Of a stretch of 34,298 nucleotides of DNA, positions 9,805 to 18,907 are shown piece by piece; the first letter of the stretch is position 1, and each line of letters starts with the position of its first letter. The stretch spans positions 1-34,298 of the IMG/VR virus record IMGVR_UViG_3300020042_004973; one strand, given 5' to 3'. The notes under the pieces were generated by a model. The model was not told the origin of the DNA. It saw only the letters and a program-made list of their open reading frames with translations, and searched no databases. Origin of the DNA: a virus (Duplodnaviria > Caudoviricetes). The translations under genes were made by a program, and so were the position numbers.

Positions 9805-11831
9805 TGGCTGATTGGGAAGATGCACCTAGCGCAACAACGACAAGCTCAACTACATCTTCTGTTGCATGGGAAGATGCGCCTTCTGCTCCTAAAAGCGGGT
9901 ATGACCAAGTTATTGAAGGAATTAAAGAAATTCCTTTGCCAAAAACAGGAGTTGTTGGTCCTATGTTTGCCGCTGGTGCTGGCGAAACAATAAAAGGTGT
10001 TGGTGCTTTAACAGAATTAGCGTTTCCTGAAACCGGAAAAAAGATTGCTGGTGTTGGTGAAGCACTGACTGAGAGAGTAAAAAAAGAATCTCCTATTGCC
10101 GGAACAATTGGTCAATTTGGTTCTTACTTATTGCCTTATAGCGCAGCAACAAAAGGCGTTCAGTTAATTACTGGAGGTCCTGCTAAAAGTTTGTTGCCCA
10201 AAATGTTGCAAACTGGCACTGCGGCAGGAGCTACAGGTTACGCAACAACACCGGACAAAGATGACCGCACAATGTCTGCGGTAATTGGAACAGCACTTGG
10301 CGTAGTTGGAGAACCCGTTGCTAAAGGATTGACCAAAGCATACGAAACATTAACAAAAGCATTTGGTGCTGATGCTAAAAAATTAGCAGAAATGTTGCGT
10401 GATTATGCGTCTAGGACTTCTGGCAAAGAAGCTGACAATGCTCGACGTTTAGCAGAGACAGCCGAATCAAGAGCAGCGCAAGCAGAAAGCCGTGCAGGAA
10501 TTGCTGAGACTGCCGCACAAAAAGCAGAACGTGAAGCGGGTCTTGCGTTAAGAGAGCAGCCGGGCGTTAAAACAAAACTTGAAGCTGGTGAGTTTAAACC
10601 CGTGCCAACTGAGAGTATTAACATTGGCACACGAATTAGAAACTATGCGGATGAGGTTTATACAAACCTTAAAAATGTCCGTGATAGAAATGCAAAGACG
10701 CTTAAAGAACAAGCGTTTAATGATGCGCTTGCAAAAGAACGTGCAGGGCAGCGAGTATCTCAAACAGATGTATTTGCTAAGTCAGTAAAAGATATTGATG
10801 AGATTATTAAAAACCCAGAAACGGGTTTAACTAATGTTGTTGGTGAAACTAAAGCAGCATTAGAAAAAGTAAAAAATCAATTGTCTGGAAAAATGGTTGA
10901 TGAAGCCACTGGCACAATTATTGAAAAACCATTAAGTTTTGAAGGTTTAGAAAACTTACGCAGGATGTTGCGTGACCGTGCCTATGGGTTGCCGCAGACA
11001 GGATTTGATGCAATTGGTCAACAACAGGCAGGAAAACTTGCTGCAAAAGTTGACGATATTATGAAAGACTTTTCTCCTAAGATGGAAAACTTCTTAAAGC
11101 AATACGCAAAAGATTCTGAACCAATGCGAGTATTCCAAAGCAAGATTGGCAAAGCATTGATGGATGAACAATTGCTTGGCAAAGGTGCTAATTACGCAAG
11201 TGTTGCTCCTGAAAATATTCCTAAGAAAGTTTTTGGTGATAGCGTCAGCTTTCAATCGTTTGTTGATGCAACAGGCGGCAATCGTGCGTTTGCTGAAAAC
11301 GAAGCTAAAAAGTATTTTGTGTCTCAACTCGAAAAGTTTTCTGGAGATTCTAAAAAGGTTGCTGACTTTATTAGAGACAACAGAACAATGCTTAACTTAA
11401 CTAACGCTGTTGAGACGGTTGAGGCTTATGCGGCTAGGGTTGCGGCTGCAACTCGCCGTGGTTCTGCTGCTCAACGTATTGGTGAGTCAGAGCGTGAAAT
11501 AGCTCAAGTACAAACAAAAGCGGCTGAAACACAACGAACAATTAGTCAAAAATATCAAAATCTTACGCAAGACTTGTCTGACCCAAATATTATTTCTCCA
11601 AAAGAAATTGCTCAAAGAGTCAAAACCTTTGCAGAAGATATGCGGGATAACAAGTTGATTACTCAAGAACAATTTTCTGAATTGAGCAAAAAATCTAATG
11701 ATGTTTTGTTGGCTTTAGGTCAAACGGCAGAAGCAAAACGAGAAGTTCTTTACAAAGTTATTCCTAAAATTCTTGGGTATGGCGGGGTTGGAACGGCAGG
11801 ATATTACGGTGCTAAAGGTTTAATGCCATGA
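9804..11831 (+). CDS. Large internal virion/DNA ejection protein
   Basis: 675 aa. N-terminal WEDAPSA repeated twice, Gly-rich amphipathic helices, coiled coils. Confidence 0.6.
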   Translation: MADWEDAPSATTTSSTTSSVAWEDAPSAPKSGYDQVIEGIKEIPLPKTGVVGPMFAAGAGETIKGVGALTELAFPETGKKIAGVGEALTERVKKESPIAGTIGQFGSYLLPYSAATKGVQLITGGPAKSLLPKMLQTGTAAGATGYATTPDKDDRTMSAVIGTALGVVGEPVAKGLTKAYETLTKAFGADAKKLAEMLRDYASRTSGKEADNARRLAETAESRAAQAESRAGIAETAAQKAEREAGLALREQPGVKTKLEAGEFKPVPTESINIGTRIRNYADEVYTNLKNVRDRNAKTLKEQAFNDALAKERAGQRVSQTDVFAKSVKDIDEIIKNPETGLTNVVGETKAALEKVKNQLSGKMVDEATGTIIEKPLSFEGLENLRRMLRDRAYGLPQTGFDAIGQQQAGKLAAKVDDIMKDFSPKMENFLKQYAKDSEPMRVFQSKIGKALMDEQLLGKGANYASVAPENIPKKVFGDSVSFQSFVDATGGNRAFAENEAKKYFVSQLEKFSGDSKKVADFIRDNRTMLNLTNAVETVEAYAARVAAATRRGSAAQRIGESEREIAQVQTKAAETQRTISQKYQNLTQDLSDPNIISPKEIAQRVKTFAEDMRDNKLITQEQFSELSKKSNDVLLALGQTAEAKREVLYKVIPKILGYGGVGTAGYYGAKGLMP

Positions 11832-12034
11832 GTAAGAAACAAAAAGGCATAAATCCAACACTTGAAAAAGCAATCAGTACGTTGCTAGAACAGGTGATGA
11901 ATGACCCGCAAGCGTCTTTAACCGACAAATGCCGGGTGCTGGACAGGTCTATTAACGTAGAGAAGCTCAAGCAAAAGATTTCTGATGATGAGTGGGGTTC
12001 TGGATTCCTTGCCCCAGAGGAAGATGAAGAATAG
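11828..12034 (+). CDS. Small helical protein (candidate terminase small subunit)
   Basis: ATGA-coupled 68-aa ORF with an acidic tail. Function inferred from position only. Confidence 0.45.
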   Translation: MSKKQKGINPTLEKAISTLLEQVMNDPQASLTDKCRVLDRSINVEKLKQKISDDEWGSGFLAPEEDEE

Positions 12035-12060
12035 AATAGATGCTTTACAAGGGGATATAG

Positions 12061-12279
12061 ATGAACGTAATAGCATTTGTTCGGTTGGCATTAGAAGTGA
12101 TGATTGGTAGGTTACTAGTGATTTTGTCCTTGTTCCTATCTTTTGGGTTAGCGTGTTGGGTAATGTATGAGCCGAGTTGGGAAAGACTGACAACGATGGC
12201 ATTTTTCTCAATATTTAGTTATCTTTGTATCAACATAAAAGAAAGGATTCAAGATGGAAAAGTTCAAGCGTCCGAATGA
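12061..12279 (+). CDS. Two-transmembrane holin-like protein
   Basis: Two hydrophobic segments and a charged C-terminus. RBS AGGGG. Confidence 0.55.
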   Translation: MNVIAFVRLALEVMIGRLLVILSLFLSFGLACWVMYEPSWERLTTMAFFSIFSYLCINIKERIQDGKVQASE

Positions 12280-12475
12280 TGTAGACCAACAAGTTGCTAA
12301 GTCTGTTCGCCCACAGCTCCCCCGTGATGGTAGCAAAGATGGCAACAATCAATTCAAAAGCGGTGAATTGCCTAAAGGTGGTTTTACTGCTGTGTGGAAT
12401 TTTAATGGCAACAGCAATACAAAAGACTCAGCGACTTGCAAACCGGGCAATGCGGGTGGTGGAAGGATTATCTAA
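12254..12475 (+). CDS. Hypothetical small hydrophilic protein
   Basis: RBS AAGGA upstream. Its stop overlaps the next ATG. Confidence 0.6.
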   Translation: MEKFKRPNDVDQQVAKSVRPQLPRDGSKDGNNQFKSGELPKGGFTAVWNFNGNSNTKDSATCKPGNAGGGRII

Positions 12476-12819
12476 TGGCTAACAACATTGCGTTTCAGCC
12501 TATGGGTAAAACTACTCGCTTGAATGTAACGACAACATCTGCTCAAGTTGCTGTTAACGCAGATAGTCCTTGCAATCAGGTGCGTATACACAATGGCACA
12601 GCCGGTGAGATGTTTGTGCGGTTTAGTCCAACTACGGGCAGCGCAGCGGTAATTCCTGCGTCTGGTACACCCGCTTATGGGATTGTTTTGCACAATAACC
12701 AAACGGCAGTGTTTACTGTGCCGCAGTCTTTTACTTCAGCAACCAATTCTTTGTATGTATCAGCTATTGTTGCAACAGGAACCGGCATTTTGTATATCAC
12801 GCCCGGAGAAGGTTTGTAA
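12475..12819 (+). CDS. Small beta-sandwich virion protein (paralog of 3564-3893)
   Basis: Likely start MANNIAF at 12475 (TAATG overlap, GGAAGGA upstream). Confidence 0.6.
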   Translation: MANNIAFQPMGKTTRLNVTTTSAQVAVNADSPCNQVRIHNGTAGEMFVRFSPTTGSAAVIPASGTPAYGIVLHNNQTAVFTVPQSFTSATNSLYVSAIVATGTGILYITPGEGL

Positions 12820-13184
12820 TGGACCCGCTAACCATTCTCGCCGCTTTGGGTCCTCTTGCTGTAGACCTTGGCAAGAGTTTGATTGGTAGGTTTATCCAGA
12901 CTGACGTATACAAGCCAACTAACATTAACGAATACACCCAGATGCGGAACACCGATTTGGAAATGTTTAAAGCGATGAATAGCGTAGGTAGTAGCGGCAC
13001 TACCTATCCGTGGGTTGAGAGCGTTGTAAGGCTTATGCGCCCCGCTGTTGGGGCTATTGTGTTGGGCACATGGTCGTTTATGATGCTAACAGGTCAAGAC
13101 AATGCCGCAGTTAATAACTTTGCCTCTGCTGTTGGGTTTTATTTGTTTGGTGACAGGACTCTTTTCTATTCACAAAAGAAATAA
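12819..13184 (+). CDS. Holin, 3TM gene-transfer-release-like family
   Basis: N-terminal amphipathic helix, WV..VVRLMRP followed by TM helices, ending YLFGDR. Adjacent to the endolysin. Confidence 0.7.
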   Translation: MDPLTILAALGPLAVDLGKSLIGRFIQTDVYKPTNINEYTQMRNTDLEMFKAMNSVGSSGTTYPWVESVVRLMRPAVGAIVLGTWSFMMLTGQDNAAVNNFASAVGFYLFGDRTLFYSQKK

Positions 13185-13186
13185 TC

Positions 13187-13618
13187 ATGTTTGCATTTTC
13201 TGAACGCTCATTAAATAACCTGAAAGGCGTACACCCAAAGCTGGTTGAGATTGTTCACCGTGCGCTTGAGTTAAGCCCGTGCGACTTTACAGTTTTAGAA
13301 GGTGTGCGTTCACAAGCACGACAAGATGAGTTGTGGGCACAAGGGCGAACCAAGCCCGGAGTTATTGTCACATGGGTTCAAACATCAGGAACGCACGGTA
13401 TTCAGGCAGATGGATATGGTCATGCTGTAGACCTCGCTCCTTACCCAATTGATTGGAACGATTTCAACCGATTTGACCAAGTGGCAAACGCTATGCTTGC
13501 TGCGGCTACAGAGCTTGGTGTAAAAATTCGCTGGGGTGGTAATTGGGACATGGATGACACCATTCATGAGCGTGGTGAATCCGATAGCCCACACTTTGAA
13601 TTGTTTAACTATTCATAG
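13187..13618 (+). CDS. Endolysin, peptidase M15 (L-Ala-D-Glu peptidase) family
   Basis: FSERSLNNLKGVHPKL, EGVRS..RQ..L..QGRT, H...GHAVD, IRWGGNW, DSPHFEL. Confidence 0.92.
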   Translation: MFAFSERSLNNLKGVHPKLVEIVHRALELSPCDFTVLEGVRSQARQDELWAQGRTKPGVIVTWVQTSGTHGIQADGYGHAVDLAPYPIDWNDFNRFDQVANAMLAAATELGVKIRWGGNWDMDDTIHERGESDSPHFELFNYS

Positions 13619-13625
13619 AGACGCT

Positions 13626-13859
13626 ATGGCTAAAAATCCTAATTTATCTGTTGGCAGGGGTGAGAAGTTACCCGTAAGCAGGGGTGCTGGGTTAACGGCT
13701 AAAGGTCGAGCCAAGACAAATCGTGCAACAGGTAGTAAACTTAAAGCACCAACTAAAGACCCAAAGAATCCTCGTCACAAGTCTTTTTGTGCAAGGTCTA
13801 AGTCTTGGAAGGGTGAACGTGGTCGAGCCGCTAGAAGAAGATGGGGGTGTAGCAGATGA
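13626..13859 (+). CDS. Small highly basic phage protein
   Basis: Likely start MAKNPNL. GLTAKGR...RHKSFCAR...RRRWGC pattern is common in aquatic phage late regions. Confidence 0.7.
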   Translation: MAKNPNLSVGRGEKLPVSRGAGLTAKGRAKTNRATGSKLKAPTKDPKNPRHKSFCARSKSWKGERGRAARRRWGCSR

Positions 13860-13999
13860 AAGCCGGACTATATGCAAATATTCACAAGAAACGTGCCAGA
13901 ATCGAAAAAGGTTCTGGAGAGCGTATGAGAAAGCCCGGTAGTAAAGGTGCGCCTACTGCTAAAGCCTTTCGTAAAAGTAAGCGCACAGCCAAGCGTTAG
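13856..13999 (+). CDS. 47-aa highly basic protein, not in the ORF track
   Basis: MKAGLYANIHKKRARIEKGSGERMRKPGSKGAPTAKAFRKSKRTAKR*. ATGA overlap with the upstream gene. Confidence 0.7.
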   Translation: MKAGLYANIHKKRARIEKGSGERMRKPGSKGAPTAKAFRKSKRTAKR

Positions 14000-14568
14000 A
14001 GTTTACGCAAAGCGTACTGATAGCCTAACAAGCACAGTTGGTTTTGCTCTGAGAACAGCGTAGTAAAGAAATCTACGCCTAGTTTGGGGCGATGCAGCAA
14101 GCCCGGCATATCTTGCCATAGGTAATCATCAAAGAGCATGATGCCGCCCTGTTTAAGCATCCCCCAAGCCATACAAGCGTCTGTCATCACATCGTAGGCG
14201 GTGTGACTGCCATCAATGTAGATAAAATCAAACTTGTAATTGTCGATAATCAATTCAGCCAGTGCGTCATAACTTTTGCCTTGTAAACCAAAGCAACGCT
14301 GACCTTCCTTGCGTACCCACTCAACATTAGTTTTCCAACGCTCAAAGAGACCGTCTAATTGCAGAAGGCTATGCTCCTCTGAGCCTTTGAAAGTGTCTAC
14401 GCAAACAATAGCTCCGTCTATCGGCAGCATATTCTCTAGCATCCAACAGGTTGCCCTACCTTCAAAGCAGCCAATCTCTAGAATACTGCTGCACTCTGGC
14501 AACATCTTAGAGATGATTTGAAAGTTAGGAATGTTGTGGCTAAACCAATCTTGAGTGAAGTTATTCAT
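13996..14568 (-). CDS. Class I SAM-dependent methyltransferase (Methyltransf_24-like)
   Basis: ILEIGCFEGR, VDTF, FDFIYIDGSH, LKQGGIMLFDDY. Confidence 0.88.
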   Translation of the reverse strand: MNNFTQDWFSHNIPNFQIISKMLPECSSILEIGCFEGRATCWMLENMLPIDGAIVCVDTFKGSEEHSLLQLDGLFERWKTNVEWVRKEGQRCFGLQGKSYDALAELIIDNYKFDFIYIDGSHTAYDVMTDACMAWGMLKQGGIMLFDDYLWQDMPGLLHRPKLGVDFFTTLFSEQNQLCLLGYQYALRKL

Positions 14569-15305
14569 GGTGCGGCTAGTAGCCTCCCTTCAAAAGCATA
14601 CGTTCCAATATGAGCTAATACCACCCACGGTGCTGCCCAGATTTGCCCACCCATTGCCCGATAGATTGAACAAAAGTGATAATCCTCAGACAGTAAGCGG
14701 TTAGTGGATTCTTCAATGCTTGTGGCAAAGTATTCATGGATAACTTCCTTTGCCCCAATCGTGTTTCCAAGGTCAGAAACGTCATTTGAATACGATGGGA
14801 CAGTAGGCTTAAGTTTATCGAACACTTCACGCTTTATTAGTAGAAACCCTGTACCCATGTTCTGCACTTCTACTGGCTGGTCTACTGGCACGGTAATAGT
14901 AGGCGCATAGTTGACTAAGTTCACGACAAAGCTGCCCGTGTGGTGCTTAAGCTGCTCATCAGGCACATCATTAGCAATCGCTTGCCTGACCGTAGCCCAA
15001 TTGATTTCTTTCTTGGGATAGATACCGCCTAGTACATCTTTGTCAGCCCGGAGCATCGTTACAACGTCATGCGGATTAAAGTTAATGTCAGCGTCAATAA
15101 ACATCAGGTGTGTGCAGTCAGTCTTTAGAAAGGCTTGCGTGAGAGCGTTCCTTGCACGGGTAATCAACGATTCATTGAACATAAAGCTCATCATTGATTC
15201 GATACCCTGCTCCCGCAAGATGTTGCCAAGGTTAAGCACACCTTGAGTGTAGCTACCCGTACACATACCCCCATACATGGGTGTTGCTATAAAAATCTTA
15301 GACAT
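14565..15305 (-). CDS. GT-A fold (family 2-like) glycosyltransferase
   Basis: Likely start MSKIFIATPMYGG. ESLITRARN, LMFIDADI (DxD motif), GTGFLLIKR, LSEDYHFC. Confidence 0.82.
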   Translation of the reverse strand: MSKIFIATPMYGGMCTGSYTQGVLNLGNILREQGIESMMSFMFNESLITRARNALTQAFLKTDCTHLMFIDADINFNPHDVVTMLRADKDVLGGIYPKKEINWATVRQAIANDVPDEQLKHHTGSFVVNLVNYAPTITVPVDQPVEVQNMGTGFLLIKREVFDKLKPTVPSYSNDVSDLGNTIGAKEVIHEYFATSIEESTNRLLSEDYHFCSIYRAMGGQIWAAPWVVLAHIGTYAFEGRLLAAP

Positions 15306-15513
15306 AAAAACTCCAATAAGTAAAAAGTAAACCGGATATAACGATGCAAGCAATGATTTTTTTGCCCCAATGCTTAAATTCTTTCTTAAGCGGAGGCAAC
15401 ATAGCTCTTTGCCATGCCAACATATCTGGGTCTGATTCTCTAGGTAATGGTTTGGTATAGCGACTACCTATCTTGACCCCTGTGCTAGTGGTGTGCGGCG
15501 TTTGCATCTTCAT
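15298..15513 (-). CDS. Small protein with a C-terminal transmembrane anchor
   Basis: Likely start MKMQTPHTTSTGVKIG with RBS AAGGGG. Hydrophobic C-terminus. Confidence 0.6.
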   Translation of the reverse strand: MKMQTPHTTSTGVKIGSRYTKPLPRESDPDMLAWQRAMLPPLKKEFKHWGKKIIACIVISGLLFTYWSFYV

Positions 15514-15655
15514 ACCCCTTGATAAGCTCAACCATGACATTGCTTAAGTGAACAAGCATCTGTGCATCTTGCTCAGCGATGGTATTGCAAGCACCAATAA
15601 ACCATTTAAGGTCAGCTTGTAGTGCCTTTGCTTCTGCTAGTAAGTGTTCGTTCAT
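15485..15655 (-). CDS. 56-aa hypothetical protein, not in the ORF track
   Basis: MNEHLLAEAKALQADLKWFIGACNTIAEQDAQMLVHLSNVMVELIKGYEDANAAHH*. RBS AGGGG. Fills the intergenic gap. Confidence 0.6.
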   Translation of the reverse strand: MNEHLLAEAKALQADLKWFIGACNTIAEQDAQMLVHLSNVMVELIKGYEDANAAHH

Positions 15656-15722
15656 TGCTATCCCCTGTGAGTGTTAGTCCCGGCTACTCTGAATACCATG
15701 CCGGGGATGGCTCGTAACAGCG

Positions 15723-16097
15723 TCAGAGTTCGCTACTCTCAGGGGCACTGAGAAGCTCTACAGCCACGATACATTTACCTCCTGCAATCGGTATACCCCT
15801 GCGTACCGAAACGTGACCTACTTGTTTATCATCATCAAATAACCCAGCGTCTTGCAAAGCATCTAAGACAGGCTTCACGCAATTATCAATATCCATTAGT
15901 CTCAAATTCCTTGGGCGCAATATGATATTGACTTCCACTATCGCCCCCCCAAAGGATTCTAATTGCTGCACTGCAACATACTCCTGTACCGCTAACTTAA
16001 AGTCACGACCACGCTTACTGATAAACCTTCTGTGACCAGAGGCTATCCAGTAATTGTTGATACTAGGCGGGTAAGGTAAGTGCAGCACATGACGCAT
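15723..16097 (-). CDS. rusA: RusA Holliday junction resolvase
   Basis: LPYPPSINNYW, DIDNCVKPVLDAL..AGLFDDDKQV. Confidence 0.9.
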   Translation of the reverse strand: MRHVLHLPYPPSINNYWIASGHRRFISKRGRDFKLAVQEYVAVQQLESFGGAIVEVNIILRPRNLRLMDIDNCVKPVLDALQDAGLFDDDKQVGHVSVRRGIPIAGGKCIVAVELLSAPESSEL

Positions 16098-16108
16098 ACG
16101 GGTTAACC

Positions 16109-16399
16109 CTAGAAAGGTACTTCGTTGTCATCTATGCTGTTTACTTCCTTGGGATACTGCGTAGGTCTACCGTCTTGATTCTTCCAAGCATCAGTTTCCT
16201 CTGCCACCTTAATCCAAGGCTTGCCTGTCTTAGTGGTCTGTGCCCACACTGCTAACTTGATTGTTTCCCCTGCCTTGTAGTCACGGGTGAGTACCATGCC
16301 ACCTTTAAACTCAGGAGCAAATTCACTCTTACGTTCTTTGACTTGAAAACAATATGCTTTCCCATCTGGTACTTTGAATTCGCCTTGATACTCAGCCAT
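16109..16399 (-). CDS. SSB-like single-stranded DNA-binding protein
   Basis: Follows the annealase. Acidic C-terminus DDNEVPF mimics the SSB tail. Confidence 0.6.
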   Translation of the reverse strand: MAEYQGEFKVPDGKAYCFQVKERKSEFAPEFKGGMVLTRDYKAGETIKLAVWAQTTKTGKPWIKVAEETDAWKNQDGRPTQYPKEVNSIDDNEVPF

Positions 16400-17222
16400 T
16401 TTGTTCTCCTGCATTAGCGATTGATTGATTTAAGACTGTTTTCTGGATACTGGTAAACGTCTCGATATAACCCTCATTGGCACGGGCGAGAGCTTTACAT
16501 TTCTCTTTCTTCTCCCCGCCATTAAGTTTTTTCGACTTTCCAATCTTTTCGCATAGTGTCGCAAACTGCAAAATCCATTCTTCTACGTCTACTGCGAATG
16601 AATATGCTTGCTCCATATCAGGAACCATAAGAGGAATCGTGCCAATGGCTTCAAAAGGCTCTAAAACGTCCTCTACGGCGTTTTCAGCCAGTTCGGGTAG
16701 TGGTTTTAAGGGTACAGCGTCAAAACGCCCCATATCCTTTGTTTTAGGTTCAAAGTCTTGCACTTCCTCTGGACTGTAGAAACCCGTCACACTGCCCGGA
16801 AACACAGTTCTAATGCCTTCAGAGATACAGCGTGACCTGAGCATCGCCCGTGGGAATTTCTGCCACCCACTGCCGGGCTTCACTAACCCAATGCGTGTGG
16901 CTTGTTCAATAGTCCATTCAATGCTAACTCTGCCGCCATTAGGGTGTGAGAAAACACCGACAACAATGGTATCGGTGTAAATAGTCCATTCCACCTTACC
17001 GCCAGCATTCTGAAACCGTGCAAGCATCGCATCTGCTTTGAGTGCGGGTCTACCTTGGATAATATGGAAATCTCTTGCTGCCGTGGCTGGGTGCAAACCT
17101 TCTGCTTGAGCTACTGCCATTAGTGCTAAGACTTCGTTTTCGTTCTTCATGCCAAATAGCCCTGACTTAGCTATAGCACTCGCCATACTTTGCATATCTT
17201 GAAACGGAATAATGTTACTCAT
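16392..17222 (-). CDS. RecT/Redbeta-like single-strand annealing protein
   Basis: HIIQGRPAL.ADAM, WQKFPRAMLRSRC.SEGIR..FP...G.Y.PEE. Adjacent to the YqaJ exonuclease. Confidence 0.78.
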   Translation of the reverse strand: MSNIIPFQDMQSMASAIAKSGLFGMKNENEVLALMAVAQAEGLHPATAARDFHIIQGRPALKADAMLARFQNAGGKVEWTIYTDTIVVGVFSHPNGGRVSIEWTIEQATRIGLVKPGSGWQKFPRAMLRSRCISEGIRTVFPGSVTGFYSPEEVQDFEPKTKDMGRFDAVPLKPLPELAENAVEDVLEPFEAIGTIPLMVPDMEQAYSFAVDVEEWILQFATLCEKIGKSKKLNGGEKKEKCKALARANEGYIETFTSIQKTVLNQSIANAGEQNG

Positions 17223-17232
17223 AATGTGCCCC

Positions 17233-18135
17233 TTATTTGACTAGAAACCGGCGTGAACCGGGCATTTCGACGATAAACTTTGTATAAACATCTGGCATCG
17301 CTGTTTTAAACGCATCTACAGAGAATCGCTTGCTACTTGCTGCACTTTTCCATGTCACAAGCGTAGTACCGTCTACACCACGAATCTCAGCCTTATCAGC
17401 CATTAAGTTGCGTATCTGTAATTCCACAACTTCCGCTTTTTGTTCAAGTGCTTTAATTTGACTCTTAGCCTGTCGCAAATAGTCAACGGCTTGTTCAATT
17501 GTTTGAGTAGCTGTAATAACTGTATCGGGTGATGAGGTTGGGTAGGCAAGTTTGGTTTGCTCAACACTTTCTGGGGTTGGCGTTTCGCCCGATACCACGC
17601 AAGCCCACAACTTAGCTTGTGCTTGAATGAAGGCATCTTTCTCTTGGTCACTAAAGTGAAAGTCGAATGTTTTGAACTCTTGACCGCCAAAGAGTACAGC
17701 CAGCACGACTTTTGAGACATTGTGTACAACAGCTTCATGTAAACACTGTGCGTAATCTGCGGCTGGTACACGGTTCTCGTCTTGGTCGAACTTGTTGCGA
17801 ACTTGGGCATTATAATTTTTGGCTTCAATAAGAGTCGTTCCATCGACCGATATGAAGTCGAAATGCGACTTAAGCCAAGCCTCTTTACTGTGAGAGAGCG
17901 CATAATCTGCTTCCTTAATTTCAAAGCCTAAATGATCTTGTGCAAGTCTGCCAATCAAGGGCTGCATGATGTGCCCCATGCGTACTGGCTCTAAATCGCT
18001 AATATCTTCACGTTCGTACTTGCCCTGCTTGATTAAGATAGCCTCTACAGCCTTACCATTAGCTGCCATGCGTGAATCACCAGACCACCATGCAGAGTTG
18101 CGTACTGCGGGGGCGAAATCGTCTCTATCGTTCAT
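17233..18135 (-). CDS. YqaJ-like (lambda-exonuclease family) recombination nuclease
   Basis: Likely start MNDRDDF. SHFDF...LIEAKN...Y.AQC.H...VLAVLFGG and a C-terminal TWK...SRRFLVK. Confidence 0.82.
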   Translation of the reverse strand: MNDRDDFAPAVRNSAWWSGDSRMAANGKAVEAILIKQGKYEREDISDLEPVRMGHIMQPLIGRLAQDHLGFEIKEADYALSHSKEAWLKSHFDFISVDGTTLIEAKNYNAQVRNKFDQDENRVPAADYAQCLHEAVVHNVSKVVLAVLFGGQEFKTFDFHFSDQEKDAFIQAQAKLWACVVSGETPTPESVEQTKLAYPTSSPDTVITATQTIEQAVDYLRQAKSQIKALEQKAEVVELQIRNLMADKAEIRGVDGTTLVTWKSAASSKRFSVDAFKTAMPDVYTKFIVEMPGSRRFLVK

Positions 18136-18331
18136 TTGATTGCTCCAAGTGGTATTGCGCCACAATCTTGCCGCTTGGCAGGATAAGTGTTTTGGTTTTT
18201 ATGTCATTACCTTGTTGGCGTAACTCTTTAATCCGTGCTGCTAAGCGAAAGCACCCACACCCTGCTAATGCTTCCATAGGTGTTAGTGGTGCTTGTTTGA
18301 GTTGATTGAGTATCCATGTGTTTTGTTTCAT
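18125..18331 (-). CDS. Winged helix-turn-helix DNA-binding protein
   Basis: LTPMEAL..CGCFRLAARIKELR..G..I motif. Confidence 0.78.
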   Translation of the reverse strand: MKQNTWILNQLKQAPLTPMEALAGCGCFRLAARIKELRQQGNDIKTKTLILPSGKIVAQYHLEQSNER

Positions 18332-18334
18332 GGC

Positions 18335-18520
18335 TTACTCCTTTGGCTCGAAGTATTTAGCAAGTTTGCCGCAACCAACGTAATCCCAACTTCGCTCACT
18401 TTCAGCAAATGTTGCAGCAACTTTAGGTAAGCCCGTGACTAGGCTAATACCGTCTGGTCGATAGCATTTAATGTCTTTCAGGTGTTTGCAATTGATACAG
18501 AATTTAGTTTCTGTTGTCAT
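18335..18520 (-). CDS. Small Cys-rich (possible Zn-binding) protein
   Basis: CINCKH...C...CG..AKYFEPK. RBS AGGGG. Confidence 0.65.
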   Translation of the reverse strand: MTTETKFCINCKHLKDIKCYRPDGISLVTGLPKVAATFAESERSWDYVGCGKLAKYFEPKE

Positions 18521-18567
18521 GATAGTGCCCCTATGTGTGAGTTGATATACGAATCAATACAGATGTG

Positions 18568-18596
18568 ACTTTATACTATTACTTATCGTGTTGCAA
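18568..18596 (-). promoter_or_regulatory. Putative sigma70 promoter for the recombination operon
   Basis: Minus strand TTGCAA-N17-TAAAGT upstream of the 18520 start. Confidence 0.45.
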
Positions 18597-18659
18597 GTGC
18601 TACTGTTGTATTTCTGCTATTTATCTTAATTTCTGTGTAAATACTATGTAGACCTACTA

Positions 18660-18905
18660 TGTTCCTCGCAAAAACCCCCCTACCCCAAAGAGTATGAAGA
18701 TAGGTGCGGTGTTCCTCGGCTCTTGCGAGCAGCTACATGGCAATATTGCTATTGTCCCCCTCGGCTTGTAGCTTCAACCAGCCGCCCTGATTCTTTCGGA
18801 TTTGCACCGGCTCACTAACAACATGGCTTACAGGGATTCCGTTTCTCGATAGCCGCCTGAATTGTGGGCGCATTGTTAACGCAATCGTTACGGTTGCAAT
18901 GGGTA
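18660..18905 (-). ncRNA. Putative structured RNA of unknown class ending in a G-tract
   Basis: Stems AGCUACA/UGUAGCU, CAAUA-GCAA-UAUUG, GCUC-GCAA-GAGC, AGCCGG/CUGGUU. Ends in GGGGUAGGGGGG. No credible ORF with an RBS. Confidence 0.5.
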
Positions 18906-18907
18906 AC

